A DNA stretch of 64,000 bases, from the NCBI GenBank assembly GCA_031459385.1, contig JAVKIP010000001.1:192001-256000 (forward strand), given 5' to 3'. Under the pieces are notes generated by a model. It was not told the origin of the DNA. It searched no databases and was given only the letters and a program-made list of their open reading frames with translations. This DNA is from Candidatus Fervidifonticultor secundus. GTDB taxonomy: Bacteria > Sysuimicrobiota > Sysuimicrobiia > Sysuimicrobiales > Humicultoraceae. The position numbers and the translations under genes are program-made. Shown piece after piece: positions 33,305 through 43,050 of the stretch. Positions within the stretch are counted from its first letter, which is position 1, and each line of letters begins with the position of its first letter.

Positions 33305-34267
33305 CTATTTGATCAGCCCCAGGTCCTGGAAGATGCGGCGGTACTTCTCGTTGACCGCCTCCAGGGACTTGGCGAACTCCTCGGGCCCCTGGCAGACCGG
33401 CTGGAGGACGTTGGGCTCGATGTACTCGCGCTGCCAGCGGACGCTGCGGCAGAGCTTCGCGAAGGCGTCGGCCATGACGCGTACTGCGTCGGCGGGCACG
33501 GCCGGCGGCATGACCACGCCGCGGAACTGGTCCCACACGATGTCGTAGCCGAGCTCGCGGAAGGTGGGTACGTCCGGCAGGATCTTCAGGCGCGTGGTCG
33601 CAGTCACGGCCAGCGCGCGCACCTTGTTGGCCTTGAGCTGCTCCAGCGCTTCGCCGGGATTCATCCACGCCGACGAGACGTGGCCGCCCAGCAGCGCCAC
33701 CAGCGCGGGCCCGCTGCCGCCGAACGGGATGTAGGTCAGACGGATGTTGGCGCCGCGCTGCAGCAGGCCCGTGGCCACCCGGTCGTCGGAGGCCACCGCC
33801 GAGCCGCCGACGCTGATCAGGTCGGGCGACCGCCGCGCGACCTCGATCACCTCGCGCAGCGTGCGGTAGGTCGACTCGCGGCGCACCACCAGCAGGAAGA
33901 CATCGCTGGCCAGCCCTGCCAGGGGTGTGAACTCCTTATAGGTGAAGGGCGCCTGGCCCATGAGCGGCGTCGTCCAGAAGCTGGCGCTCACCGTGGCCAG
34001 GAAGTACGGGTCGCCGCGCTTGCTCAGAACGTAGCTGTACCCCACGGCCCCGCTCCCGCCCGGACGGTTGGTGACCGTCAGCGGCACCGGGAGTAGCCGC
34101 TCGTCCGCCATGACCTTGGCGATGGCACGGGCCAGCAGGTCGCTGCCCCCGCCGGCGCCGAAGGGCACCACGAACTCGATAGGCCGGCTCGGGTAGGCCT
34201 GGGGCCACGCCGGGAGCCCCAGCCCCAGGAGCGCGATGCTTGCGATCGCCAGGACCCGTCTTTGCAT
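33305..34267 (-). CDS. tctC: Tripartite tricarboxylate transporter substrate-binding protein (Bug/TctC)
   Basis: YPSRPIEFVVPFGAGGGSD, NRPGGSG, ALLGGHV, PDVPT. Confidence 0.95.
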   Translation of the reverse strand: MQRRVLAIASIALLGLGLPAWPQAYPSRPIEFVVPFGAGGGSDLLARAIAKVMADERLLPVPLTVTNRPGGSGAVGYSYVLSKRGDPYFLATVSASFWTTPLMGQAPFTYKEFTPLAGLASDVFLLVVRRESTYRTLREVIEVARRSPDLISVGGSAVASDDRVATGLLQRGANIRLTYIPFGGSGPALVALLGGHVSSAWMNPGEALEQLKANKVRALAVTATTRLKILPDVPTFRELGYDIVWDQFRGVVMPPAVPADAVRVMADAFAKLCRSVRWQREYIEPNVLQPVCQGPEEFAKSLEAVNEKYRRIFQDLGLIK

Positions 34268-34285
34268 CGCAGGCCCCCCTTCTCC

Positions 34286-35218
34286 TTAGATCTTGAAGAT
34301 GGACAACGGCAGGTACGCCGACACGATCCAGTTGGGCGCATCGACGATCTCGCTGATCTTCAAATCCACGGCCACGCTGCACAGCACGTACGCGTCCTCG
34401 CGCGACAGGCCGTAGGTGCGCCCCAGGTGGGCGATCATGGCCCGGATGGCGTCCCTGGCGTCCTGCATCAGGTCGGGCCCGACCGCGGTGGTGGCGTAGT
34501 AGCCCTGCGCATCGTATCGCGGCGTCAGCGGCCCGGGCGTCCGGAACTGCGGCGCGGGAATCGTCAGGCCCGGGCGCACGGAGAAGCGCAGGGTGAACTC
34601 CATGGGGCACTCGATGCCCGTGACGCACACCTCGCCGTCGCCCTGGGCGGCATGGCAGTCGCCGGCCGAGAACAGGGCGCCCTCGACCTGCACCGGCAGC
34701 AGCAGCGTCGCGCCCCGGTTGAGGTGTCGGATGTCCATGTTGCCTCCGAAGGGGCCCGGCGGCAGCACGAAGTGCTCGCCCGGCGCCGCCGGCGCCACCC
34801 CCATCACGCCGCAGAAGGGCTGCAGGGGGATCACGATGTCCTCGCGCAGGCGTGTCGTGTAGCCGTCGGTCAGGTCCCAGTGTCGGATGTAGGGGGTCGT
34901 GAACTCCTCTGCGAGCAGGCCCAGGGTGGGGATGATGCCCGTCCAGCCCCAATCCGCTGGCCGCAGGTCGAGGATCTCCACCTCCAGCGCGTCACCGGGG
35001 CGCGCGCCCTCGACGTAGATGGGGCCTGCCAGGGGGTAGATGCGCTCGAAGTCCAGCGACGCCAGCACGGAAGCGTCGCAGCCCGGCGTCACCTGGCCGT
35101 CGGTGACGTCCCGGGTCCTGCACGTCACGGTATCGCCGGGCTCCACGACCAGCGCCGGGGGAAGGTCCCGGTTCCACTTGTAGTGCACGCGTTCGGGGGG
35201 CAGCAGGTGTGCGGCCAC
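34286..35218 (-). CDS. Acetamidase/formamidase family protein
   Basis: GPIYVEGARPGD, GGNMD, GDCHAAQGDGEV, AYVLCS; GTG start with AGGGAG RBS. Confidence 0.9.
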   Translation of the reverse strand: MAAHLLPPERVHYKWNRDLPPALVVEPGDTVTCRTRDVTDGQVTPGCDASVLASLDFERIYPLAGPIYVEGARPGDALEVEILDLRPADWGWTGIIPTLGLLAEEFTTPYIRHWDLTDGYTTRLREDIVIPLQPFCGVMGVAPAAPGEHFVLPPGPFGGNMDIRHLNRGATLLLPVQVEGALFSAGDCHAAQGDGEVCVTGIECPMEFTLRFSVRPGLTIPAPQFRTPGPLTPRYDAQGYYATTAVGPDLMQDARDAIRAMIAHLGRTYGLSREDAYVLCSVAVDLKISEIVDAPNWIVSAYLPLSIFKI

Positions 35219-35427
35219 GCGGGTCTCCCTCCTTCGCTCCCGGATGTGCGGCACGGAAGAGTTTCCCGGCAGGTCGGACGGCTCCTCCCGAGCCGGGCGG
35301 GGCCGGGGCCGCGCGCTCGCCGGGCCGGCGGGCCGTCGCCCGATCCCGGCAGGCCCGCGCCGCCATGCCGACCCGGACGCTCTTCAACCCGGCAGGCCTG
35401 CGCCCGCCCGCGCGGAACTCTCTACGT

Positions 35428-36258
35428 ATGGAACGCCGCGTCTTCGGCCCCACCGGCGTGCGCGTCCCCGTCATCGGACAAGGCACCTGGCTGCTGGAGC
35501 GGGACGACCGGCGCGAGGCGATCGCCGCGCTGCGCCATGGTCTCGACCTGGGCGCCACCCATATCGACACCGCCGAGTCCTACGGCGACGGTGCTGTGGA
35601 GGAACTCGTGGGCGAGGCGATCGCCCCCCGCCGCGCCGACGTCTTCCTGGTCTCCAAGGTGCGGCCCAGCAACGCCTCACGCCAGGGCACCGTGCGCGCG
35701 TGCGAGCGCAGCCTGCGCCGGCTGCGCACCGAGTACCTCGACTGCTATCTGCTGCACTGGCCGGGGTCGTATCCGCTGGCCGACACCATCGCCGCCTTCG
35801 AGCACCTCGTGGCGGCCGGGAAGATCCGGAGCTGGGGCGTCTCCAACTTCGACGAGGATCAGCTCGCCGAAGCCGCGCGCCTGGCGCCCGGCCGTGTCGC
35901 GTGCAACCAGGTGCTCTACCACCTCGGCGAGCGGACCATCGAGCACTACGTCCTGCCCGCCTGCCAGCAGCACGGCGCGGCCATGGTCGGCTACAGCCCG
36001 TTCGGTCAGGGGAGCTTCCGCACCCACCCGGTGCTCGAGGCCGTCGCCCGCGCTCACGGGGCGACGCCGCGACAGGTGGCGCTGGCGTTCCTGATCCGTC
36101 ACCCGGGTACCTTCACGATCCCCAAGGCGGGGCGCATCGCCCATGTGGAGGAGAACGCCCGCGCCGGCGCGCTGCGCCTGTCCGACGACGACGTGCGCGC
36201 CATCGACGCCGCGTTCCCGGCGCCGCGACCCCGGCGGCACCACGTGCCGATGCTGTGA
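35428..36258 (+). CDS. Aldo/keto reductase
   Basis: IGQGTW, IDTAESY, LVSK, YLLHWP, GVSNF, YSP, IPK. Confidence 0.95.
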   Translation: MERRVFGPTGVRVPVIGQGTWLLERDDRREAIAALRHGLDLGATHIDTAESYGDGAVEELVGEAIAPRRADVFLVSKVRPSNASRQGTVRACERSLRRLRTEYLDCYLLHWPGSYPLADTIAAFEHLVAAGKIRSWGVSNFDEDQLAEAARLAPGRVACNQVLYHLGERTIEHYVLPACQQHGAAMVGYSPFGQGSFRTHPVLEAVARAHGATPRQVALAFLIRHPGTFTIPKAGRIAHVEENARAGALRLSDDDVRAIDAAFPAPRPRRHHVPML

Positions 36259-36289
36259 GAACGACGCCCCTGCGAGGAGGCCCCTCCCC

Positions 36290-37372
36290 GTGCTGATCGT
36301 CGACGCGCATCTCGACCTGGCCATGAACGCCCTGCAGTGGAACCGCGACCTGCTGCAGTCCGTCTACACCATCCGCACACAGGAGAACTACACGCCGGGC
36401 AAGGGCCGCGGGCAGGGGACCGTGGCGTTCCCCGAGATGCGCCGCGGCCGCGTGGCTTTGAGCTTCGCCACGGCCCTGGCGCGGTCCACCGGGCGCCCGG
36501 TGCCGCACATGGACTTCCTCTCGCCCACGCAGGCCTACGCGGTCGCCGTGGGCCACCTGGCCTACTACCGGGCGCTGGAACGCCGCGGCTACGCGCGCAT
36601 CGTCACCGACGCCGCGGGGCTCGACGCCCACATGGAGGCCTGGGAAGCCTGGGAGGCCCGGGGCGCCGACGAAGCCGTCACGCCGCCGCTGGGGTTCGTC
36701 TTCAGCATGGAGGGCGCCGACCCGATCCTCGACCCCGATCAGCTGGAGGAGTGGGTGCAGGCCGGCCTGCGGGTGCTGGGCCCCACCCACTACGGGCCCG
36801 GCCGCTACGCTGGCGGCACCGGTACCGAGGTCGGGCTCACCGATCTGGGCACCGTGCTCCTGGCGGCGATGCGGCGCCTGGGCGTACTGCTGGATCTGAC
36901 GCACCTCTCCGACCAGGCGTTCTGGGAGGCTCTGGAGCGCTACGACGGCCCGGTCCTGGCCTCACACACCAACGTCCGGGCGCTGGCGCCGCACCAGCGG
37001 CAGTTCACCGACGAGCAGATCACGGCCATCGCCGCCCGGGGCGGCGTCATCGGCGCGGCCTTCGACAACTGGATGATCCTGCCCGGCTGGCGCCACGGCG
37101 ACGACCCCAGGCTGGTCAAGCTGGAAGATGTGGTCAGGCACATCGACCATATCTGCCAGCTGCTGGGCACCGCGCGCCACTGCGGCATCGGGAGCGACCT
37201 GGACGGCGGGTTCGGTCGCGAGGGCTCGCCGGGCGACCTCGACACCATCGCCGACCTGCAGCGGATCGCGGCGCTGCTGGCCGAGCGCGGGTACTCCGCC
37301 GACGACGTCGCGGGCATCATGTACCGCAACTGGTGGACGTTCCTGCGGCGGGCGTGGAGCCCGCAGGCCTAA
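36290..37372 (+). CDS. Membrane dipeptidase (M19) with canonical binuclear site
   Basis: DAHLD, SMEGAD, DLTH, ASH, GIGSDLDG; GAGGAGG RBS. Confidence 0.9.
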   Translation: MLIVDAHLDLAMNALQWNRDLLQSVYTIRTQENYTPGKGRGQGTVAFPEMRRGRVALSFATALARSTGRPVPHMDFLSPTQAYAVAVGHLAYYRALERRGYARIVTDAAGLDAHMEAWEAWEARGADEAVTPPLGFVFSMEGADPILDPDQLEEWVQAGLRVLGPTHYGPGRYAGGTGTEVGLTDLGTVLLAAMRRLGVLLDLTHLSDQAFWEALERYDGPVLASHTNVRALAPHQRQFTDEQITAIAARGGVIGAAFDNWMILPGWRHGDDPRLVKLEDVVRHIDHICQLLGTARHCGIGSDLDGGFGREGSPGDLDTIADLQRIAALLAERGYSADDVAGIMYRNWWTFLRRAWSPQA

Positions 37373-38408
37373 TGCTATGGGATCCGTCGCTGCGCTGGCG
37401 CCGCGCCCATCTCCGCGCGAGGCTACCTGTGAAGCCGCCGGGCATGAACAGCACCAGCAGCACCAGGGTGGTCCCGAAGGCGACGCCCCGGAAGACGGTG
37501 GTGCGCAGCGCGGCTTCCTGGATCGCCACCCATGCCAGGGCGCCCGCCACCGGCCCCCAGAACTGTCGCAGGCCCCCCAGTACAGTTACCAGGACCAGCT
37601 GTACCGACAGCATCCAGTGCAGCTGGTCCGGCGTCACCTGGTTGTCCAGCTGCCCGGCCAGCCCGCCGGCCAGCCCTGTCAGCACCGCCGAGAGGATGAA
37701 CGCATACCACCGGAACCTGTGCACCGGGATGCCGATGCACGCCGCACGCGCCTCGTTCTGCCCGATGGCGCGCAGCGCCTGGCCGAACGGTGAGTTGGTC
37801 ACCAGCCCCAGCAGCGCCAGCGTCCCCACGAACGCCGCAGCGACCACGTAGTAGAGCACCGTGTGGTAGTGAGGCCAGGGCAGGTCACGGCCGAGCAGGT
37901 GGAACCGGGGGATGTACATGCCGCCAGAGCCCATGAGGAACAGGCCTCTCCCCGTGCCACCGAAGGGCCGCAACACGATGCCACTGGTGAACAGCGCGTG
38001 CACGGTCTGCGTCAGCACCAGCGTCAAGATGGAGAAGTACCCTCGCCGGGCGCGCACGGCCACCCACCCCACGGGCGCGGCCACCGCCGCGACCAGCAGG
38101 AGCCCGGACGCCAGGTAGGCCTCGAACGACGTCAGGGTGCCAAAGCTGTAGAGAAACCCACCGGCGTAGGCTCCCAGGCCGTAGAAGGTGGCGTGCCCGA
38201 AGGACACGAGCCCGGTCAGGTGGAGCACGTTCAGGCCCAGCCCGGCTACGGCCAGCACCAGTGCGCGAGCCACCAGGCCGGCGTAGTACGGGCCGAGGAG
38301 GGCAGGCACGACCACGAGGAAGCCCAGGAACCCCCCGACCGCCAGGCCCTGGCGGACCGCGGGGCCGGTGGTACGCCGGGGCGCACCGGGGGGCAGCGGC
38401 GTGTTCAT
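37317..38408 (-). CDS. Branched-chain amino acid ABC permease (LivM-like), orphan
   Basis: GLVSFGHA, YFSILTL, SPFGQALRAIGQNE, LGG..FWGPVAGA. Confidence 0.85.
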   Translation of the reverse strand: MNTPLPPGAPRRTTGPAVRQGLAVGGFLGFLVVVPALLGPYYAGLVARALVLAVAGLGLNVLHLTGLVSFGHATFYGLGAYAGGFLYSFGTLTSFEAYLASGLLLVAAVAAPVGWVAVRARRGYFSILTLVLTQTVHALFTSGIVLRPFGGTGRGLFLMGSGGMYIPRFHLLGRDLPWPHYHTVLYYVVAAAFVGTLALLGLVTNSPFGQALRAIGQNEARAACIGIPVHRFRWYAFILSAVLTGLAGGLAGQLDNQVTPDQLHWMLSVQLVLVTVLGGLRQFWGPVAGALAWVAIQEAALRTTVFRGVAFGTTLVLLVLFMPGGFTGSLARRWARRQRSDGSHSIRPAGSTPAAGTSTSCGT

Positions 38409-38459
38409 CGTTTCTGCGCTCGGTGATGCAAGACGGCGCGGCCCCTGCCAGGGCGTCGC

Positions 38460-39173
38460 CTACCGGCGCACTACGGTAAAGACGTAGCGGTCGCTGCGGA
38501 CGTAGTTGGTGGAGAAGTAGAGCGGCCGGCCGGTGGTATCCTCGGCCGTCCCCTGCAGCAGCAGGATCGGGTGCCCGCGGGCGACACCCAGGTGCCGCGC
38601 CACCGTCGCGGGTGCGGCCACGGCGTGCAGGGCCAGCACCGCCCGGCGCAGGACGATGCCCACGTCCTGTTCCAGGTAGTCCTGCAGCGACTCCCGCTCG
38701 CGCCGCTGCTGCACGTGCTGGACCATGCCCACCAGGTCCAGCGGCAGGACGTCCTCGCAGTAGATGACCGGCGCACCGTCGGCATAGCGCAGGCTCTCCA
38801 CCAGGACGCCGGGACTGCCGGGCGGGCGGCCCAACGCGTGCGCGGCGGCTTCGCGCAGGGCGATCGGGTGGATGGCCAGCACGCGATCGCGCGCGGCGCG
38901 CCCGGCGCGCCGGATCGTCTCGGTAAAGCTCTCCAGCCGCTCGATGCCCGCCACCACCTGCCGCGTGATGAAGGAGCCCACGCCGTGCCGGCGGACCACC
39001 AGGCCCTCCTCCTCGAGGGTACGGAGGGCCTCACGCAGCGTCATGCGACTGACGTGGAACGCCCGGGCCAGGGCCGCCTCGGACGGGAGCCGCTCGGCGG
39101 TGGCGAAGCGCCCTGCGGTGATCTCGTGCCGCAGCCGGCGGGCCAGCTGTTTGGACAGCGACAGGCGCGTCAT
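38460..39173 (-). CDS. GntR family regulator (HutC/UTRA type)
   Basis: LPSEAALA..VSRMTLREAL..HGVGSF; UTRA-like C-terminus (SLRYADGAP..). Confidence 0.95.
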   Translation of the reverse strand: MTRLSLSKQLARRLRHEITAGRFATAERLPSEAALARAFHVSRMTLREALRTLEEEGLVVRRHGVGSFITRQVVAGIERLESFTETIRRAGRAARDRVLAIHPIALREAAAHALGRPPGSPGVLVESLRYADGAPVIYCEDVLPLDLVGMVQHVQQRRERESLQDYLEQDVGIVLRRAVLALHAVAAPATVARHLGVARGHPILLLQGTAEDTTGRPLYFSTNYVRSDRYVFTVVRR

Positions 39174-39186
39174 CGAAAAAGCCTCC

Positions 39187-40074
39187 TCACACCACGAGCC
39201 TGGGATCCAGCAGGTCGCGCAGCCAGTCGCCCAGGACGTTGATGGCCAGCACCGTCAGCATCAGCGCCAGCCCGGGGAACGCGGCCAGCCACCAGGCGAT
39301 GGCCAGGTAGTCGCGGCTGTCGGCCAGCATGGCTCCCCAGGTGGGGGTGGGCGGCTGCACGCCCAGCCCCAGGAAGCTCAGCGCCGATTCGAGGATGATC
39401 ACCTGCGCCACCGAAAACGACGCCAGCACCACCAGGGGCGATAGCGCGTTGGGCAGCACGTGGCGGAACGCGATGCGGGCATCAGGGCAGCCCACGCACC
39501 GCGCCGCCAGCACGTACTCGGCCTCCCGCAGCGACAGCACCTGCGCGCGGGCCATGCGGAAGTACCCCGCCCACCCCCCGAGCGCCATGGCCGCGATCAC
39601 ATTGAGCAGCCCCGGGCCCAGCAACGCGATGAGGGTGATGACCAGCAGCGTCAGCGGGAACGCCAGCTGCACGTCGGCCAGACGGGTCAGCAGGCGCTCG
39701 AGGCGGCCGCCGTAGTACCCGGCCACCACGCCCAGGACCGTCCCGGTAGCCCCGGCCAGGGTGACTGCCACCACGGCCACTCCCAGTGAGACCCGCGCGC
39801 CGTAGAGGATGCGGCTGGCGATATCGCGCCCCAGCTGATCGGTGCCGAGGAAGTAGCCGCGATCCCCCCCGACCCAGGCCGGCGGTGTGAGGCGGCGGGC
39901 GATCTGCTGGCGCGTGGGAGAGTACGGGGCGACCCACGGGGCCAGGACGGCCGCAGCCGCTGTCACCACCAGAAACGCCGCCGCTGCAGCGGCGACCGCG
40001 TGCCCGCGGCGCCGCCACGGACGGCGCCGGGCGCTCCCGCGGCTCACCGCCGGCCAGACCGTCGCGCTAGCCAT
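39187..40074 (-). CDS. Peptide/nickel ABC transporter permease (DppC-like)
   Basis: LGTDQLGRD, EYVLAA, SFLGLGVQPPTPTWG. Confidence 0.95.
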   Translation of the reverse strand: MASATVWPAVSRGSARRRPWRRRGHAVAAAAAAFLVVTAAAAVLAPWVAPYSPTRQQIARRLTPPAWVGGDRGYFLGTDQLGRDIASRILYGARVSLGVAVVAVTLAGATGTVLGVVAGYYGGRLERLLTRLADVQLAFPLTLLVITLIALLGPGLLNVIAAMALGGWAGYFRMARAQVLSLREAEYVLAARCVGCPDARIAFRHVLPNALSPLVVLASFSVAQVIILESALSFLGLGVQPPTPTWGAMLADSRDYLAIAWWLAAFPGLALMLTVLAINVLGDWLRDLLDPRLVV

Positions 40075-40103
40075 GGCAGCGCCGGCCACGTGCGCCCATG
40101 TCG

Positions 40104-41021
<918 letters not shown>

Positions 41022-41046
41022 GACTGCGCTCCCGACCACCGGCGCC

Positions 41047-42582
41047 CTAGCGCCCGCCCACCTCGACGCGGTGCAGGTCCATCAGATAGTCGGGGCGCCA
41101 GGTGAAGCCCTTCACCCGCGGCTGCGCCGCGTAGATACCCGGCGTCTGCACCAGAAAGATCACCGGTGCCTCCTCCCGCACCAGCAACGCGACCCGCTGC
41201 AGGAGCGCCCGTCGCCGGGCGGGGTCCATCTCGCGGCGGCTCTGGGCGAAGAGCTCGTCGAAGTCGCGGCTGCAGAAGAAGTTCCCCACGCCAGCGCACG
41301 TGAAGAAGTTCAGCGGCAGGTCGGCGTCCATGGCGGGGAAGTACTGCCACGCCCAGATCCACAGCGGGCCCAGCTGGCGCGCGATGTGGCGCTGGATGTA
41401 GACGCCGCCCTCCACGATCTCCAGCCGGGCCCGGACCCCGACCTCGGCCAGCTGGCCGACAATCAGCTCCTCGATCTCCTTGTCTTTCGTATAGCGGCCG
41501 ATGGTGCCGTGGAAGGTGACGTCGAAGCCGCTGCCGAGCCCGGCCTCGGCCAGCAGGCGACGGGCCCGCGGCACGTCGTAGGGGTAGGGGGTGAGGTTGG
41601 CGTTGTGGCCGAAGGCGTCGGGCCCCACCACCTGGCCGTTCAAGATCCGCCCGTAGCCACGCAGGATCGACCGCAGGATCGCTTCCTTGTCCACCGCGTA
41701 GTTCAGCGCCTGGCGCACCCGGCGCTGCTGGAGCGGCCCGGGAACGTTAGAGCGCAGGTTCACCACCATGCCCTGCCCGAGGTTGACCGTTCCCAGCTGG
41801 AGCCCCCGCGCCTTCAGGCGGTCCACCTGCTCGGGCGGCACCAGCACCCCCACGTCCAGTTCGCCGGTCTCCAGGCCGGCGACCCGGGTCGAGTCCTCGG
41901 GAATGGCCCGGAAGACGACCTCGTCGAGGCGCGGGCGCCCGCGCCAGTAGCCGGGGTTGGCGCGGACCGTCATGCGGTCCTGGCGGTGCCACTCGCCGAA
42001 CACGAAGGGCCCGGTGCCCACGGGCGCCGCCGCGAACCCCGCCGGCCCCCGCTCCTGGAAGTAGGCCGCCGGCAGGATGTCCACCACGGTCAGCCCCTGT
42101 AGCAGCGGGGCGAACGGGCCGCGGGTGACGATGCGGAACGTGAGCGGGCCAGTGACCTCCACGCGCTCGATGGCGGAGATCCGGCCCAGCCACGGCGACC
42201 GCGTTGCCGGGTCGAGGATCCGCTCGATGGTGAACTTCACGTCTTCGGCCGTCAGGCTCATGCCGGTGTGGAAGCGCACCCCGGAGTGCAGCACGAACTC
42301 CCACGTGGTGGCATCCACCAGCCGCCACGAGCGAGCCAGCACCCCACGGAACCCACCTTTGCCGTCGGTGGCCACCAGCTTCTCGAAGAGCGTGGCATAG
42401 GCTGGCAAGGCGTTGGCGGTGCTGTCCAGGTGGGGGTCGGGCGTGTTGGGAATGGAGCCGATGCCGATCACCAGGCGGTTCGGACCCTGTGCCGCCGCAG
42501 GCGGCATAGGCGTGCCCCCCACTACGGTCGTCCCCAACAGGATGGTCGCGACCAGGCCCGCAACCCGCTGTCGTGTGCTCAT
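41047..42582 (-). CDS. ABC solute-binding protein family 5
   Basis: Signal peptide, GVRFH, PVGTGPF, VRQALNYAVD; GAGGAGG RBS. Confidence 0.95.
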   Translation of the reverse strand: MSTRQRVAGLVATILLGTTVVGGTPMPPAAAQGPNRLVIGIGSIPNTPDPHLDSTANALPAYATLFEKLVATDGKGGFRGVLARSWRLVDATTWEFVLHSGVRFHTGMSLTAEDVKFTIERILDPATRSPWLGRISAIERVEVTGPLTFRIVTRGPFAPLLQGLTVVDILPAAYFQERGPAGFAAAPVGTGPFVFGEWHRQDRMTVRANPGYWRGRPRLDEVVFRAIPEDSTRVAGLETGELDVGVLVPPEQVDRLKARGLQLGTVNLGQGMVVNLRSNVPGPLQQRRVRQALNYAVDKEAILRSILRGYGRILNGQVVGPDAFGHNANLTPYPYDVPRARRLLAEAGLGSGFDVTFHGTIGRYTKDKEIEELIVGQLAEVGVRARLEIVEGGVYIQRHIARQLGPLWIWAWQYFPAMDADLPLNFFTCAGVGNFFCSRDFDELFAQSRREMDPARRRALLQRVALLVREEAPVIFLVQTPGIYAAQPRVKGFTWRPDYLMDLHRVEVGGR

Positions 42583-42637
42583 GCCCGCACCTCCTCAACC
42601 CGTACAGGATGCTGCACCGACCCGCGTCGCGGGCCGG

Positions 42638-42829
42638 TCATACTGGCAGGGACCGCGGTTCGACGCTGTAGTGGGCTGCCAGGGCCTGCAGCAGCGCCTC
42701 GACCCGCGGCGCCACCACCGGCACCACGGGCCGGGTCCGGGCAACGGCCTGCACGTCCTTCAAGCCGGCGGCGGTCAGGACCACCACCACGTCGTCGTCG
42801 GCGTGCAGAACGACGGGAGGAGGCCTCAT
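42638..42829 (-). pseudogene. Threonine synthase-like gene remnant (C-terminal about 55 aa only)
   Basis: DDVVVVLTAAGLKD matches the C-terminal ThrC motif (compare DEVVLLLTGSGMK in 15211..16446). Confidence 0.7.
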
Positions 42830-42832
42830 AAG

Positions 42833-42850
42833 TGTTAGACGTCTAGATGA
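42833..42850. promoter_or_regulatory. Candidate HutC-type GntR operator (overlapping TAGACGTCTA and TCTAGA palindromes)
   Basis: Palindrome 42836-42845 in an AT-richer patch directly upstream of the minus-strand operon that contains a HutC/UTRA regulator. Confidence 0.5.
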
Positions 42851-43020
42851 GCTTTCCTCCCGACAAGGACGCCATCCGCCAGGGGTTGCTACTCCTGGAG
42901 GAGATAGCCATTACGGGCCTTGTTCCAGTCAGGACACTAGGGAGCCTTGGCGGCGCGGCCCCCGGGGCGACGGGGCTCCTGTGGCGGCCAGGAGGAAAGC
43001 GGCGGTGGGTGCAGAAACTT

Positions 43021-43048
43021 GAAACGATGTTCCATTGACTGGAACGAC
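43021..43048 (+). promoter_or_regulatory. Candidate IclR operator 1 (GTTCCA-N5-TGGAAC)
   Basis: Inverted repeat 43029-43045 just upstream of the hydratase gene; same motif recurs at 46551. Confidence 0.65.
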
Positions 43049-43050
43049 AG

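Noticed and set aside
30486..33548. 1020-aa + strand ORF, and similar long ORFs at 19257-22148, 23762-26491, 14325-16520, 44843-46942 and 62043-63980
   Set aside because: Antisense or alternate-frame shadows of well-supported genes; Arg/Pro/Gly/Ala-rich with no motifs; expected in very GC-rich DNA where stops are rare
43029..43045. GTTC/GAAC motif as a LexA (SOS) box
   Set aside because: Orientation and spacing (GTTC-N9-GAAC) fit neither GAAC-N4-GTTC nor GTTC-N7-GTTC, and the downstream genes are not SOS genes
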